Below are positions 9,207 through 19,135 of a stretch of DNA of 64,000 nucleotides, piece by piece; positions within the stretch are counted from its first letter, which is position 1, and each line of letters opens with the position of its first letter. The notes under the pieces were generated by a model. The model worked only from the letters and a program-made list of their open reading frames with translations, did no database searches and was not told where the DNA came from. Source of the stretch: Thermoplasmata archaeon (GTDB lineage Archaea; Thermoplasmatota; Thermoplasmata; RBG-16-68-12; SOIM01); contig JAGLME010000032.1 of NCBI GenBank assembly GCA_023140195.1, forward strand, positions 52,220 to 116,219, given 5' to 3'. Made by a program: the position numbers and the translations under genes.

Positions 9207-9953
9207 TCACAGTCCCTTTGCCAAGTTTCTCTTATGAAATTTGCTGGCGATAAGCAAGAAAACGCAGGTGAACAGCATCAAAGCGAGTATGTCCACCGCC
9301 ACGGGAAATGCCGAGGTTCCAGTCAGGCCTGCGTTGAACATATCTACAAGATAGGTAAGGGGAGAGATGTATGCGAGAATCAGACCCATTCCTTCCAGTT
9401 CGGTCAGAGGAATGAAAATCCCGCTGATGAAGATCAATGGGAAGCGTATCAAACTGGAGAACATCATGATGTGGGAAGGGGAGCGGACTGACGGTGATGC
9501 CAGAAGAACGCCGAACGATGCAAAACAGATGGTCCCCAGGACGATAGCCAATCCTAGGAGTATGGGGGCGGTGAATGCGACCTCAAGAAAAAGGACTGCA
9601 ACTGTCATTACAACGGACGTGATGATTAGTCCGAAGAGCGCTCCGGCCAGTACATCCCCGAGTATTATGGTGTTGACGCTGACGGGGTAGGACAGCAATC
9701 TTTCGTAGGTCCCTGCCTGCTTTTCCCACGGTGTGATCAGCGGGCCCACAGATGACGCGGTGAAGAACAACGCCATAGCAAGGAACCCTGGAAAGAACAC
9801 TGACATGTCGATTTTCCTTCCCATGTAGAACGCGAAGAACATGAAGAGCGGGAAAAGGAGGCCGAATATGATTACCGGGGCCTTGTTGTAGTATATCCTT
9901 ATGTTCTTCTCTGCTGTAACTATCACGCCCCGAAGAAAAACAGACTCCTTCAT
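9207..9953 (-). CDS. ABC-2 type transporter permease
   Basis: 248 aa with six predicted TM helices. The 4-bp overlap with the upstream ABC ATPase gene suggests translational coupling. Confidence 0.8.
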   Translation of the reverse strand: MKESVFLRGVIVTAEKNIRIYYNKAPVIIFGLLFPLFMFFAFYMGRKIDMSVFFPGFLAMALFFTASSVGPLITPWEKQAGTYERLLSYPVSVNTIILGDVLAGALFGLIITSVVMTVAVLFLEVAFTAPILLGLAIVLGTICFASFGVLLASPSVRSPSHIMMFSSLIRFPLIFISGIFIPLTELEGMGLILAYISPLTYLVDMFNAGLTGTSAFPVAVDILALMLFTCVFLLIASKFHKRNLAKGL

Positions 9954-10900
9954 TGCTCACCTCCAGTGAGCCTAACGAACGCCTCTTCAAGACTGGGGCC
10001 GCAGACGGTCATGGAGACTATCCGCAAACCCCTCTCATTTGCCAAGGCCACAACATGTTTGACCGACCTGTCCGGGTCGTTTGTGTATAAGCGCAATTTA
10101 TCCCCAAACCTGTCAACCTTCGATATAAACTCAGCGTCGAACAGATCGCCTTCAACACTCTGATCAAAGGATATCTCAACAGATTGGGTGTTATCAAAGG
10201 TGCCTCTCAATATCTCGGGTCTATCTATGGCCACTATCCTTCCTTTGTTTATGATGCACACCCTTTCACATAATCTGTTTGCTTCCTCGATGTTATGTGT
10301 TGTCAGGAAGATTGTGCTCCCTTTCTCATTCATCTCAATTATCGTGTCAATTATCAACCTTCGACTCTGGACATCCAATCCTTCCGTAGGCTCGTCCAGG
10401 AAAAGGACCTGCGGCTCGTGGATTATGGCACACGCGATACTGATTCGCTGCTTCATCCCTTTCGAGAATGTCCTAACGGGGTCTTTTCTCCTGTCGTACA
10501 GTCCAAAGGTCGATAGAAGCTCTTCTGATTTTTCTTCGAGTGCACTCTTTGGCAGACCGTAATACTTGCCAGCCAGAACGAGGTTCTGCTTAGCCGTTAG
10601 GTCGACATATACGTCCCCCATCTCGGGTATGACCCCCATCATCATCTTCGCTCGAATCATATCCTTTCTTACGTCAACCCCTTCAATTGTCACATTACCA
10701 GCATCTGGGATCAAAACGCCTGTGAGCAACCTTATCGTGGTGGTCTTCCCGGCTCCGTTCGGTCCCAAGAAACCGAACATCTCTCCTTTCTCAACATCGA
10801 AACTGATGTTGTCCACTGCGACCACGTTCCCGAACTTCTTTCGGAGGCCTTCTACCTTTATCGCTGGCACAGTGTCAACCTTCCTTAGACAATAGATCAA
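9950..10900 (-). CDS. ABC transporter ATP-binding protein (exporter-type, DrrA-like)
   Basis: Walker A (GPNGAGKTT), ABC signature and Walker B (LFLDEPTEGLD), plus a C-terminal extension. Confidence 0.9.
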   Translation of the reverse strand: MIYCLRKVDTVPAIKVEGLRKKFGNVVAVDNISFDVEKGEMFGFLGPNGAGKTTTIRLLTGVLIPDAGNVTIEGVDVRKDMIRAKMMMGVIPEMGDVYVDLTAKQNLVLAGKYYGLPKSALEEKSEELLSTFGLYDRRKDPVRTFSKGMKQRISIACAIIHEPQVLFLDEPTEGLDVQSRRLIIDTIIEMNEKGSTIFLTTHNIEEANRLCERVCIINKGRIVAIDRPEILRGTFDNTQSVEISFDQSVEGDLFDAEFISKVDRFGDKLRLYTNDPDRSVKHVVALANERGLRIVSMTVCGPSLEEAFVRLTGGEQ

Positions 10901-11033
10901 TAGTTATCTTCTTCTTCAATTTCCATATCTTACTGGGTCGCCACAACTATCGATGAATGAGACTCATATTATTACAGTTTTTCCGTGAATCCAAAGGAAC
11001 ACTGGCCAAGAAGCATGCCAGCCTTGAAGGAGG

Positions 11034-12245
11034 TTATCTGAATTCCTGGACTATCTTCTCCAGTTCTTCCGCGAAGATCCGAACCTCATCCTCTGTGTTG
11101 TAGATGTAGAAGGATGCACGAGATGAACCCCTAATGCCGTGATCATTGAACCAAGAGTTGTTGCAGTGCATCCCGCTCCTTATCATCACATTGGCCACTT
11201 CATCAAGGATCATTGCCACGTCATGAGGTTCCATTCCATCAATAATGAAGGCGGTGATGCCCCCTCTATACGCTGCGCCCGGTCCGAGGATTGTCAGGCC
11301 TGGAATGTTGGATAGAAGGTCTGTGGCAATCCTGTTCAAGCTCTTCTCGTATTCATGGATCTCTTCCATCCCGATGTTCATCAGGTATTCTACCGCAGCA
11401 CATGTCCCGATTATCCCTGCGAAGTTCTGGAGACCAGCCTCGAATTTCTGCGGAGGCCTCAGCAGCTTGTAGTCGTCATATGTCGTGTCAGCGACCGAAC
11501 TGCCCCCAACCAGGAACGTGTCCAGGCCGTCCAGCAGATCATACTTGCCATAAAGCACCCCCATCCCGCTCGGACCGCACATCTTGTGGATTGAGAAACA
11601 GAGAAAGTCCAAGTCCAATTCCTGCACGTCCATCTTCCGGTGAGGGACTGACTGTGCTCCGTCGAAGAGCACTAATGACCCATTATCGTGAGCGACCTCG
11701 ATCAGATCCTTGGCGGGTACGGTCGAACCGTCCAGGTTGGACACCTCTGCGATACTGATCAGCTTCACGTCCGGGCTCAACTTCTCCTTGAGGTTCTCCA
11801 TGGAGAACGACCCGTCATCGTTTGATTTGAAGATCTGATGTTTGGTTCCGGCTCTAGTAGTCAGAACCTGCCAGGGCACCAGATTGGAATTGTGTTCTTT
11901 GTCTCCGGTCAGGACTATGTCGCCTTTTTTCAGACCCAGAGTGTGGGAGAGTAGGTTGATGCCTTCGGTCGTGTTCTTCAAGAAGATTATCTCTTCCGGT
12001 CTCTCAGCGTTCAACAATCTCTGCAATTGGTCCCTGCTCTCGTCACACCTGATAGTGACCTCTGTGCCGAACTTGTGAACGCTCCTTCCTCCGCATGCTG
12101 GGAACTCGGTGTAATACTCGTTCATTGCATCTATGACCTGCTTGGGTCTCAATGCGGTGCACGCTGTGTCTAAGTAGATTGGCAGCTTGCCATTGATCTC
12201 CTTATGAAGACAGGGGAAGTCTTCTCTGATTCCAGGGACGTCCAT
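11034..12245 (-). CDS. Cysteine desulfurase (class V aminotransferase, SufS/CsdA-like)
   Basis: 403 aa. Conserved PLP-lysine region (FLCFSIHKMCGPSGMGVLYGK) and the C-terminal catalytic Cys region (RSGMHCN). Confidence 0.9.
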   Translation of the reverse strand: MDVPGIREDFPCLHKEINGKLPIYLDTACTALRPKQVIDAMNEYYTEFPACGGRSVHKFGTEVTIRCDESRDQLQRLLNAERPEEIIFLKNTTEGINLLSHTLGLKKGDIVLTGDKEHNSNLVPWQVLTTRAGTKHQIFKSNDDGSFSMENLKEKLSPDVKLISIAEVSNLDGSTVPAKDLIEVAHDNGSLVLFDGAQSVPHRKMDVQELDLDFLCFSIHKMCGPSGMGVLYGKYDLLDGLDTFLVGGSSVADTTYDDYKLLRPPQKFEAGLQNFAGIIGTCAAVEYLMNIGMEEIHEYEKSLNRIATDLLSNIPGLTILGPGAAYRGGITAFIIDGMEPHDVAMILDEVANVMIRSGMHCNNSWFNDHGIRGSSRASFYIYNTEDEVRIFAEELEKIVQEFR

Positions 12246-12342
12246 CGCCCCTCCTAATGCGAAAAGGGGATTAAATCTTTGCTTTTGTCAGAAGAAAGTG
12301 TGCTATCTTATTATATCTGGAGGCGTTTTGGCGACTGGTACG

Positions 12343-13512
12343 ATGCGCATCTGCATGATATCGCGGTCCCTGAAATCTCACACTATCGGGGGAATGGAAT
12401 ACCACATCGATGTTCTTGCGAAAGGCCTCGCTGAGAAGGGTCACTCAGTGACCGTTGTCACCACGAGTCATCCAGAAGGCAAAGAAGCAGAGACTATTGG
12501 TGGCGTACAGATACAATATTTGCCAGGAACGAAACCTGGGGCATATTCGCCAGAATGGTGGCAGAGCAGCGCTGAGAAGATTGAGGAGATTATGGGCGAT
12601 ATAGATGTTCTCCACAGCCAGAGCATCGCATGTTACAGCGCTCTGAACTCGATACGGGACAGCGGCACAGCGTTAATCACAACATCTCACGGGACTCCGA
12701 TAACTGATGCGGTGTCGTACAGCAGAACAGCGGGATTGAAGGCCAGCCCGATTTCCATGGCAAAGACCCTGTACTATTTCAAGCATCACCGGAAGGTGTA
12801 CCGCTCGTCCGAGAAGGTCATTGCAGTGAGCGATCAACTCGCTGAACACATCGTCAAGTGGGGATTCGCTTCGGCCCAGAATGTCGCCACGATCCCCAAT
12901 GGGATAGATCTGGGCAGATTCAAACCCGGATTGGATACGGCTCAGGTCAAAGAGTCTCTCGGTCTTGAAGATGAGAAGGTCCTGCTGTTTCTTGGCAGGG
13001 TCAGAAGGGAGAAAGGCGTTGACCTGGCAATGAAGGCTCTTCCAACACTTCTGAAAAAGGTCGGTCCGGTCAAGCTGGTCATTGTGGGTGAGGGCGATTT
13101 CGATGACAAGGTCATCCCCCTTTCAAAGTCCTTGGGCGTTGAAGACCGAGTACTCGCCGTCGGGAGGATAGAGGAGGAGCTGGTTCCTCTCTACCACAAC
13201 CTAGCAGACGTTTTCCTCATGCCCTCCACCCGATGGGAAGCCTTGCCTCTTTCTCTTCTAGAAGCGATTGCCAGTGGAACCGTGGTGGTTGCGTCGAGTG
13301 TCGGTGGCATCCCGAGCGTGGTTCGCGACGGCTACAATGGATTCTTAATCCAGAAAGGAAGCCTTGAGAGCTTGGTCGATGGATGTCTTCGAGCATTGTC
13401 CTCACCAGGATCTGAGATCTCGGAGAATGCCAGGCTTACTGCAGAAGAGCGATTCGACGTTGGCAAAATGGTGGATATGGTAATCGATCTCTATGAAGAA
13501 GTACTGTCCTGA
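12343..13512 (+). CDS. Glycosyltransferase family 4 (GT-B). The ATG at 12343 (MRICMISRSL) is preferred, with a TATA-like box about 30 bp upstream.
   Basis: GT4 N-terminal domain and the C-terminal EX7E-like region (FLMPSTRWEALPLSLLEAIASGTVVVAS). Confidence 0.85.
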   Translation: MRICMISRSLKSHTIGGMEYHIDVLAKGLAEKGHSVTVVTTSHPEGKEAETIGGVQIQYLPGTKPGAYSPEWWQSSAEKIEEIMGDIDVLHSQSIACYSALNSIRDSGTALITTSHGTPITDAVSYSRTAGLKASPISMAKTLYYFKHHRKVYRSSEKVIAVSDQLAEHIVKWGFASAQNVATIPNGIDLGRFKPGLDTAQVKESLGLEDEKVLLFLGRVRREKGVDLAMKALPTLLKKVGPVKLVIVGEGDFDDKVIPLSKSLGVEDRVLAVGRIEEELVPLYHNLADVFLMPSTRWEALPLSLLEAIASGTVVVASSVGGIPSVVRDGYNGFLIQKGSLESLVDGCLRALSSPGSEISENARLTAEERFDVGKMVDMVIDLYEEVLS

Positions 13513-13515
13513 TTC

Positions 13516-15045
13516 CTATCTCAGCAGTTTCATCCAGATCCTCTTGAGCGGCACTCCGGTTTTCTCCATCATTTCAAGGACAACATTGGAGACTGGTCTC
13601 AGAAGTTTTACCATTATGAGATAGACCACAAGGCCCAGAGGCAGCAGAATGATGACCGGGTTCATCCCAAAGACGGACCCTCCCAGGAACGTCTTCGCAC
13701 CCAGAACAACGGCACCCATCACCAGTGAGGCCAGAAGCACCTTTCCGAGGAACCTTGTCGGGTAGTCGGGTGACACCAGTTTGTGGACCACATACGACTC
13801 GTAGCTTACCCCCAGGATGCCTGCAATCGACGTGCCAATTGCCGCCCCGACCGCTCCATATTCCGGAATGAGAACCAAATTCAAAGCCAGGTTCGAAATT
13901 CCAAAGATGGTCCTTGAGGCCACAAGCGCCTTTTCCCTCTCCATCGCGCTCATGAATGTGGAGGTTATTCCTCCGAGCTTGATCACACAGAAGGACACGA
14001 AGAAGATCGTTAGTATCGGTAGTGCCGCCACATAGTCCACCGGATACAGAAGTTCGATGAGCTCCTTCCCCACAATGATCCCGCCGACGGCGATTGGTAT
14101 TATCGTGAAATAGTTGTACTGAAAGAAGACGGTGTACGTCTTCCTGAGCCCCTCATAGTCTTTCTTCGCGTAGAGTTCTGAGAAGAAGGTCAGGGTTATT
14201 CCGCCTGCCAGTGCCAGGTTAAAGACCGAGACCCCGAGGTAAGCAAGATTGTAGCCAATGAAGTAGAAGCCGATCTCAGCATCCGGCTGGAACCTACCCA
14301 GAAGGATGATGTCCAACTGCTGGCCCAGGAGGACGTTCATTATCGCATACGCGTAGAGGAGGGAGGAGTACTTCACTACCGTTCGGAGGTTCACCTTGTT
14401 TGGTGCGACCTTCGTTGTGAAGACCTTCCTCTTGCTTTCCACCAGGATGATCGTCAGAAATAGGCTCCAAGAGATGAGTTCTGCATAGAGGCCCCCTGAG
14501 ATGTCCCCCATCACCAGTATCAACCCCGTCGCCAGAATCAGGTTGAGGAACCTGGCTGTAACAATGGAGAGATTGGCAACCTTCTGCTCGAAGTAGCTTA
14601 CCAGGAGCGGCCTGAATATCCCCTCAAATCCGTAAGGGATGATTATTATGGCAACCAGTTTGATGTAGAAGGAAAGCCCGCTTTTCGTGAAGATCTGCTG
14701 AGCGATGATGTCCGAACCAAAGAAGAGAATGAGCGAAAGCGACAGTATCACCCCCAACTTGAGGAGAAACATCTTCCTGACCATGTCCACGGTCCTGCCG
14801 GTCTGCCCCTCCACGTGATGGATCGGAACGAACTTGTTTATGGCATACTCAAAACCCATTGTGCTGAGGAGAATGATTGTTGCCAGTAGCTGCAGAAGAA
14901 AGGTCAGCCTTCCGAAGTCATCGGGACTGACTATCCTCGCAATGACGAGTGTGTAAATGAAATTGATTGTAAGGGTGCCAAAAACCCCGACAAAATTCCA
15001 CTTGACACCTCTCACAACCCTGCTGGAGAGTTTCTCAGTGGCCAT
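13516..15045 (-). CDS. Polysaccharide / oligosaccharide flippase (MOP superfamily, Wzx-like)
   Basis: 509 aa, about 12-14 TM helices, and typical Wzx N-terminus (VKWNFVGVFGTLTINFIYTLVIARIVSPDDFG). Confidence 0.85.
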   Translation of the reverse strand: MATEKLSSRVVRGVKWNFVGVFGTLTINFIYTLVIARIVSPDDFGRLTFLLQLLATIILLSTMGFEYAINKFVPIHHVEGQTGRTVDMVRKMFLLKLGVILSLSLILFFGSDIIAQQIFTKSGLSFYIKLVAIIIIPYGFEGIFRPLLVSYFEQKVANLSIVTARFLNLILATGLILVMGDISGGLYAELISWSLFLTIILVESKRKVFTTKVAPNKVNLRTVVKYSSLLYAYAIMNVLLGQQLDIILLGRFQPDAEIGFYFIGYNLAYLGVSVFNLALAGGITLTFFSELYAKKDYEGLRKTYTVFFQYNYFTIIPIAVGGIIVGKELIELLYPVDYVAALPILTIFFVSFCVIKLGGITSTFMSAMEREKALVASRTIFGISNLALNLVLIPEYGAVGAAIGTSIAGILGVSYESYVVHKLVSPDYPTRFLGKVLLASLVMGAVVLGAKTFLGGSVFGMNPVIILLPLGLVVYLIMVKLLRPVSNVVLEMMEKTGVPLKRIWMKLLR

Positions 15046-15098
15046 CTCCCTTCAGCTCGAAAGGTTAATACACGTGCGATAGTTAATGATTAGGGTTC

Positions 15099-16277
15099 AT
15101 GAAAATTCTGATGGCTGCTCCCGCAATCATGATTCCAGAGTCCATCGCTCAGTCAGTTCACCAGCAACAGTTCGCCAAGAACCTGGTGGAGATGGGACAC
15201 GAACTTCATATCGTGTGCAGGAGGCCTCCGGGAAGGGAGGATGTGGAGGAAGGTGTTACATACCATCGCGTCATGTCCGAGGACTTTCCGTTGAAGAGGA
15301 TCGTATTCACTCTCGATGCGGTCAGACGGATGAGGAGATTGTTGGACAGGGAGAATTTCGATGTCATCCACGATAGGGGCTATCTGTTCGGGGCAGTCGG
15401 GACCAAGGTCGGGCTTGAGAAGAGGGTTCCAACCGTTCTGCAGATAGACGACGATTGGGTCGAGACCGAGGCCATGGCATCTCGCATCACCTCCACGCCC
15501 ATCTACAAGATGTCAGCCATGTCCTGGTGCAAGAGCCTTATGAAGAAGTCCAGGGTCATGTTCGCGGTCAGCGAGACCCTGAGGGACCTCGTTTCAGAAA
15601 GATGGGACGCAGAGCCTGAGAGGATCTCGATCGTGCCGAACGGTGTTGAACTGGAGGTCTTCCGGCCTGATGCAGAACCATTGGGCATTAGGAAGGAGTT
15701 GGGCCTGGAAGGCAAGAAGGTCATCTGTTTTGTCGGCGCTCTGGGCCCCTGGCACGGCCTGGAGAACCTCATCAGATGCTTCCCCTACGTGTTGGAGGAC
15801 GTACCAGATGCAGAGCTGGTGCTCGTGGGGTCCATGAAGGAATTCGGCACTTCACATCTGGCTGAGATGGCGAAGGAATACGGCGTTTCGGAGAGGCTGC
15901 ACCTTCTTGGCAGGAAGCTCCCTCATGAGGTTCCCAGGGTACTGGTCGAATCGGATGTGGCCTTGGCGCCTTACCCCGCCAGGGATTTTGGTTTCTCGCC
16001 CTTGAAGCTCTTTGAGTACATGGCTTGCGGCGTCCCGATAGTGTGTTCGGATCTACCGTCCACGCGCGAGATAATAGACCATGACAGGAACGGCCTCCTT
16101 GTACCGCCCGAGGACAGCGATTCTCTTGCTGAGGCGATTGTTCGCGTTCTCGTTGACAAACCTCTGGGTAAGAGATTGTCCGTTGAAGGTCTGAGAAGGG
16201 TCACATCTTTCAGCTGGAAGGAATCCACCAAGAAGTTGGTGAACGTCTACCAGAAAGCTCTGGATCCTACCGCCTAG
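15099..16277 (+). CDS. Glycosyltransferase family 4
   Basis: GT4 motifs (ALAPYPARDFGFSPLKLFEYMACGVPIVCSDLP). Second of three GT4 genes in the island. Confidence 0.85.
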   Translation: MKILMAAPAIMIPESIAQSVHQQQFAKNLVEMGHELHIVCRRPPGREDVEEGVTYHRVMSEDFPLKRIVFTLDAVRRMRRLLDRENFDVIHDRGYLFGAVGTKVGLEKRVPTVLQIDDDWVETEAMASRITSTPIYKMSAMSWCKSLMKKSRVMFAVSETLRDLVSERWDAEPERISIVPNGVELEVFRPDAEPLGIRKELGLEGKKVICFVGALGPWHGLENLIRCFPYVLEDVPDAELVLVGSMKEFGTSHLAEMAKEYGVSERLHLLGRKLPHEVPRVLVESDVALAPYPARDFGFSPLKLFEYMACGVPIVCSDLPSTREIIDHDRNGLLVPPEDSDSLAEAIVRVLVDKPLGKRLSVEGLRRVTSFSWKESTKKLVNVYQKALDPTA

Positions 16278-17956
16278 GCCAATCCCCAGTTGACGTAGTA
16301 GAGTCTGGAATAGCCATTGTCGAACAGTTTCATGAAGGGAGCCTGATCGAACTTGTCCACAGCTTCTGTGCTCGGAATCGGGGCTGGGTTCCATGGGTAG
16401 AGCATCACACCCTTCTCCATGTCCCTGTCATAGGTCACGAAATCCACCCTTTTCTTCCCCGATGGCGCGTTCACTTCCTCCATTTCGTCTCTCGCTTCTT
16501 CAAAGGTGTCCGCCAGCAGGGTGTCCTGAGCAGTGTCCCAGGTCCCGTCTGCGCCTCCGAACCCGAACAACGTCGTCGAGGCCATATGGTCCGATGCCAC
16601 AAGTCCGTCGACATACAAACCGGAGAAGAAGGCGTTTGAGACCAGCTTTGCTGGGACTCCTTCATCCAATCTGTCAAGCAGGTCCTTCTGTGGATGAGCT
16701 GTGGCGGCCAGCATGAAAAGAAGCGTCGTTATCAGAGCCCCCACAACCACCTTTCTTCTCTTGTTGGTGGCGCCAAGAAGTCCTGCCATCCTTGAAAGAC
16801 CGATACCTATCAGGAGAGCGGAGGCAGGCATCATGTACTGCAGGTGTCTGTAAGGGATTATCACGTCGCTTGCGAACATTGAGGCCAAGACCAGAGAAGC
16901 TGTCATCACGACAGACCAGCTCGTTGGATCCATGCCTCTCCTGTAGAAGTCTGAGAATCCCCGTCCGGCAATTCCGAATGCAAAGGTGACCATGAGCGGG
17001 GTGAAAAAGATGAAGGCCCAATCCGAGGGGGTAATCGTGGTTCCGGGGATCTGCACATACACAATGATGGCCATTATGGAGTAGATGGCAACAATTCCGA
17101 TCGAGAACGAAGCCAGTCTATTCATCAGGGTGGGGTACTTCGGACGAAAGCTCCAACCCGCCCTTCTTCTCAGCTTGACCATTGCGTAAAGTCCGACGAT
17201 TGCCAGCGCAAGGACCGCGATAACGACCCACCAAGCACCCAGCACCTTGGACATGACGATATCCCTGAACGGTGCCGCGTAAAGGGCCCAGTAGAGGAAC
17301 GCGGAAGCTACCAGGAAGGTCAGGAACATGACGCTGTGACGGAGCCCCCTGATGTCGGATTTCTTTGAAATGAGCTCCTGGACGAAGACCGCTCCCAGAA
17401 GCGCTATGATAAGGAAGTAGGTCGTCAAGTGATGGGTCATGATCAGGGCAACCGAAGTTGGGTACAGGAGGTAGTACATCTTTGGATTGAACTGCGCCTT
17501 CACGAACAATAGCAGGCAGGTGACGAAGAGCAGGTCACCAACCGAGCCGGGGCTGGCGTGGGATGTCGTGTACACCATGGGCATGGACACCGCCATTACG
17601 CCAGTCGCGATCAAACTGGCAGCGTCTTCGTGGAACAATGTCCTCCCAATGAAGAAGATGGGAAACACGGACAGGGATGCCAGGATGACGGATACCAGTG
17701 AAACCGCCATCGGAAGTGAGACGGTGGTGAACCCGACAACCCCGTTCAGGAAGATCGATCCCGGGAAGTATGGATATGTGAACCCCCAACCGTCATACGA
17801 CAATGATATCGATCCGTTCTCCACCAGACCTCTTGTTATGAAGAAGTACTCTCCGAAGTCTCCGCCCCAATACAGATTTCCCAGCAGCGGGAGCAGGCGC
17901 AAGATGAGTCCCGTTAGGAATATCGATAGAAGTGCAAAGCCAGTGGACTTCCGCAT
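16274..17956 (-). CDS. Large polytopic membrane protein, a putative GT-C-fold glycosyltransferase (PMT/ArnT/AglB-like) with a C-terminal soluble domain. No WWDYG motif, so it is not a canonical AglB/STT3.
   Basis: 560 aa, about 12 TM helices. The first-loop motif YWGGDFGEYFF resembles GT-C acidic loop motifs. Embedded in the glycosyltransferase island. Confidence 0.5.
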   Translation of the reverse strand: MRKSTGFALLSIFLTGLILRLLPLLGNLYWGGDFGEYFFITRGLVENGSISLSYDGWGFTYPYFPGSIFLNGVVGFTTVSLPMAVSLVSVILASLSVFPIFFIGRTLFHEDAASLIATGVMAVSMPMVYTTSHASPGSVGDLLFVTCLLLFVKAQFNPKMYYLLYPTSVALIMTHHLTTYFLIIALLGAVFVQELISKKSDIRGLRHSVMFLTFLVASAFLYWALYAAPFRDIVMSKVLGAWWVVIAVLALAIVGLYAMVKLRRRAGWSFRPKYPTLMNRLASFSIGIVAIYSIMAIIVYVQIPGTTITPSDWAFIFFTPLMVTFAFGIAGRGFSDFYRRGMDPTSWSVVMTASLVLASMFASDVIIPYRHLQYMMPASALLIGIGLSRMAGLLGATNKRRKVVVGALITTLLFMLAATAHPQKDLLDRLDEGVPAKLVSNAFFSGLYVDGLVASDHMASTTLFGFGGADGTWDTAQDTLLADTFEEARDEMEEVNAPSGKKRVDFVTYDRDMEKGVMLYPWNPAPIPSTEAVDKFDQAPFMKLFDNGYSRLYYVNWGLA

Positions 17957-17982
17957 TGCGGTTTAATGCGTGATTCACTACA

Positions 17983-19077
17983 TTATGATTGTTGCGCTCC
18001 CTTCCAGATGTGCTCTCTCATCTTTGAGATGAACATCTTCTCGTCGAACAACATGGACCTCTGGAGGCATGCTTCCCTCATGGCTTCCAGCCGATTCTTG
18101 GTGAGGCTTCCTATTCTGTCCACGAACGCTTCTGCTGTTGGGGGCAGAAGCCAACCCGTCTCGCCATCCACGACCGTTTCCCTGTACCCTCCTTCGTCCG
18201 TCACCAGGGCTATCTTTCCCGACGCCATGGCCTCCACCGGCGTCATGCCGAAGTCCTCGTCAACGGCCGTTGCGATGAAACCTCTGCACTTGGAGTACAG
18301 GTCAGTGAGCTCTTCCTGGTCGATCTGGCCAAGCAGTTCCACGTTCGGCGGGATCTCTCCCAGGTTGGAGATATATGATTTGGAATGGTCCCCCTCGGCG
18401 AACCCGCCCACGATCTTCAATCTCTCCTCCGGCAGTTTGCTGAATATGTCCAGCTGGAGGTCGATCCTCTTCTCTGGGTACAGCCTGTTCACGGACAGCC
18501 AGAAGTCGCCCACCTCGGAGAATCTGAAGCCATCCGTGGGTACTGGTGGATTGACAACACTTGCATCTCTCCCATAGAATCTCTTGACCCTGCCCTTCAC
18601 GTTCTCGCTGTTGGCGATTATCCTGTCAACATTGCGAATTGACCTCTCGTTGAACCTCTTATGAGTGAATATCCACATCCTTGCCGCCAATCGTTGCAGT
18701 CCGTTGTCCAGGTTCTTCAGCGTCCAGTCCTTAAGATCATAGAATGCCCGAACCGGGGTGTGGCAGTACAGAAGGTTGGGGTGAAGTTTCCTTGCGGAAT
18801 AGTGTGACCAGTTCCCTGAGAAGACGTAGAAGTCGTACCTCTCCTTCGGACGGAACCTCTTGAACTTGGTCGAGGCATTGATCTGTTTGAGAGGAGGCGT
18901 TCTCGACAAGGGGCCAAGGTCAACTATGTTCACATCATCATAACCAAGCTTGGAAACGGTCTCCTTGTTCAGGTCTGTGGTGTAAAGATCGGCATCCATC
19001 GCCCGTGCCAGAGTTAGGACGAGCTTCTCCCCTCCGCCGATGGAGCTCATGAAATCATGGAAGATTGCTATCCTCAT
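17983..19077 (-). CDS. Glycosyltransferase family 4
   Basis: N-terminal MRIAIFHDFMSSIGGGEK and the C-terminal GT4 catalytic region (FIATAVDEDFGMTPVEAMASGKIALV). Confidence 0.85.
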   Translation of the reverse strand: MRIAIFHDFMSSIGGGEKLVLTLARAMDADLYTTDLNKETVSKLGYDDVNIVDLGPLSRTPPLKQINASTKFKRFRPKERYDFYVFSGNWSHYSARKLHPNLLYCHTPVRAFYDLKDWTLKNLDNGLQRLAARMWIFTHKRFNERSIRNVDRIIANSENVKGRVKRFYGRDASVVNPPVPTDGFRFSEVGDFWLSVNRLYPEKRIDLQLDIFSKLPEERLKIVGGFAEGDHSKSYISNLGEIPPNVELLGQIDQEELTDLYSKCRGFIATAVDEDFGMTPVEAMASGKIALVTDEGGYRETVVDGETGWLLPPTAEAFVDRIGSLTKNRLEAMREACLQRSMLFDEKMFISKMREHIWKGAQQS

Positions 19078-19135
19078 TGAACCTGACCAGTATCTCCACT
19101 ATGCTTGAACACTTCTTAATTGTTTCTTGGGTGGC

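Noticed and set aside
16274-17956. Possible archaeal oligosaccharyltransferase AglB/STT3
   Set aside because: The universally conserved WWDYG motif is absent and the protein is shorter than canonical AglB. Only a generic GT-C-like call was kept.
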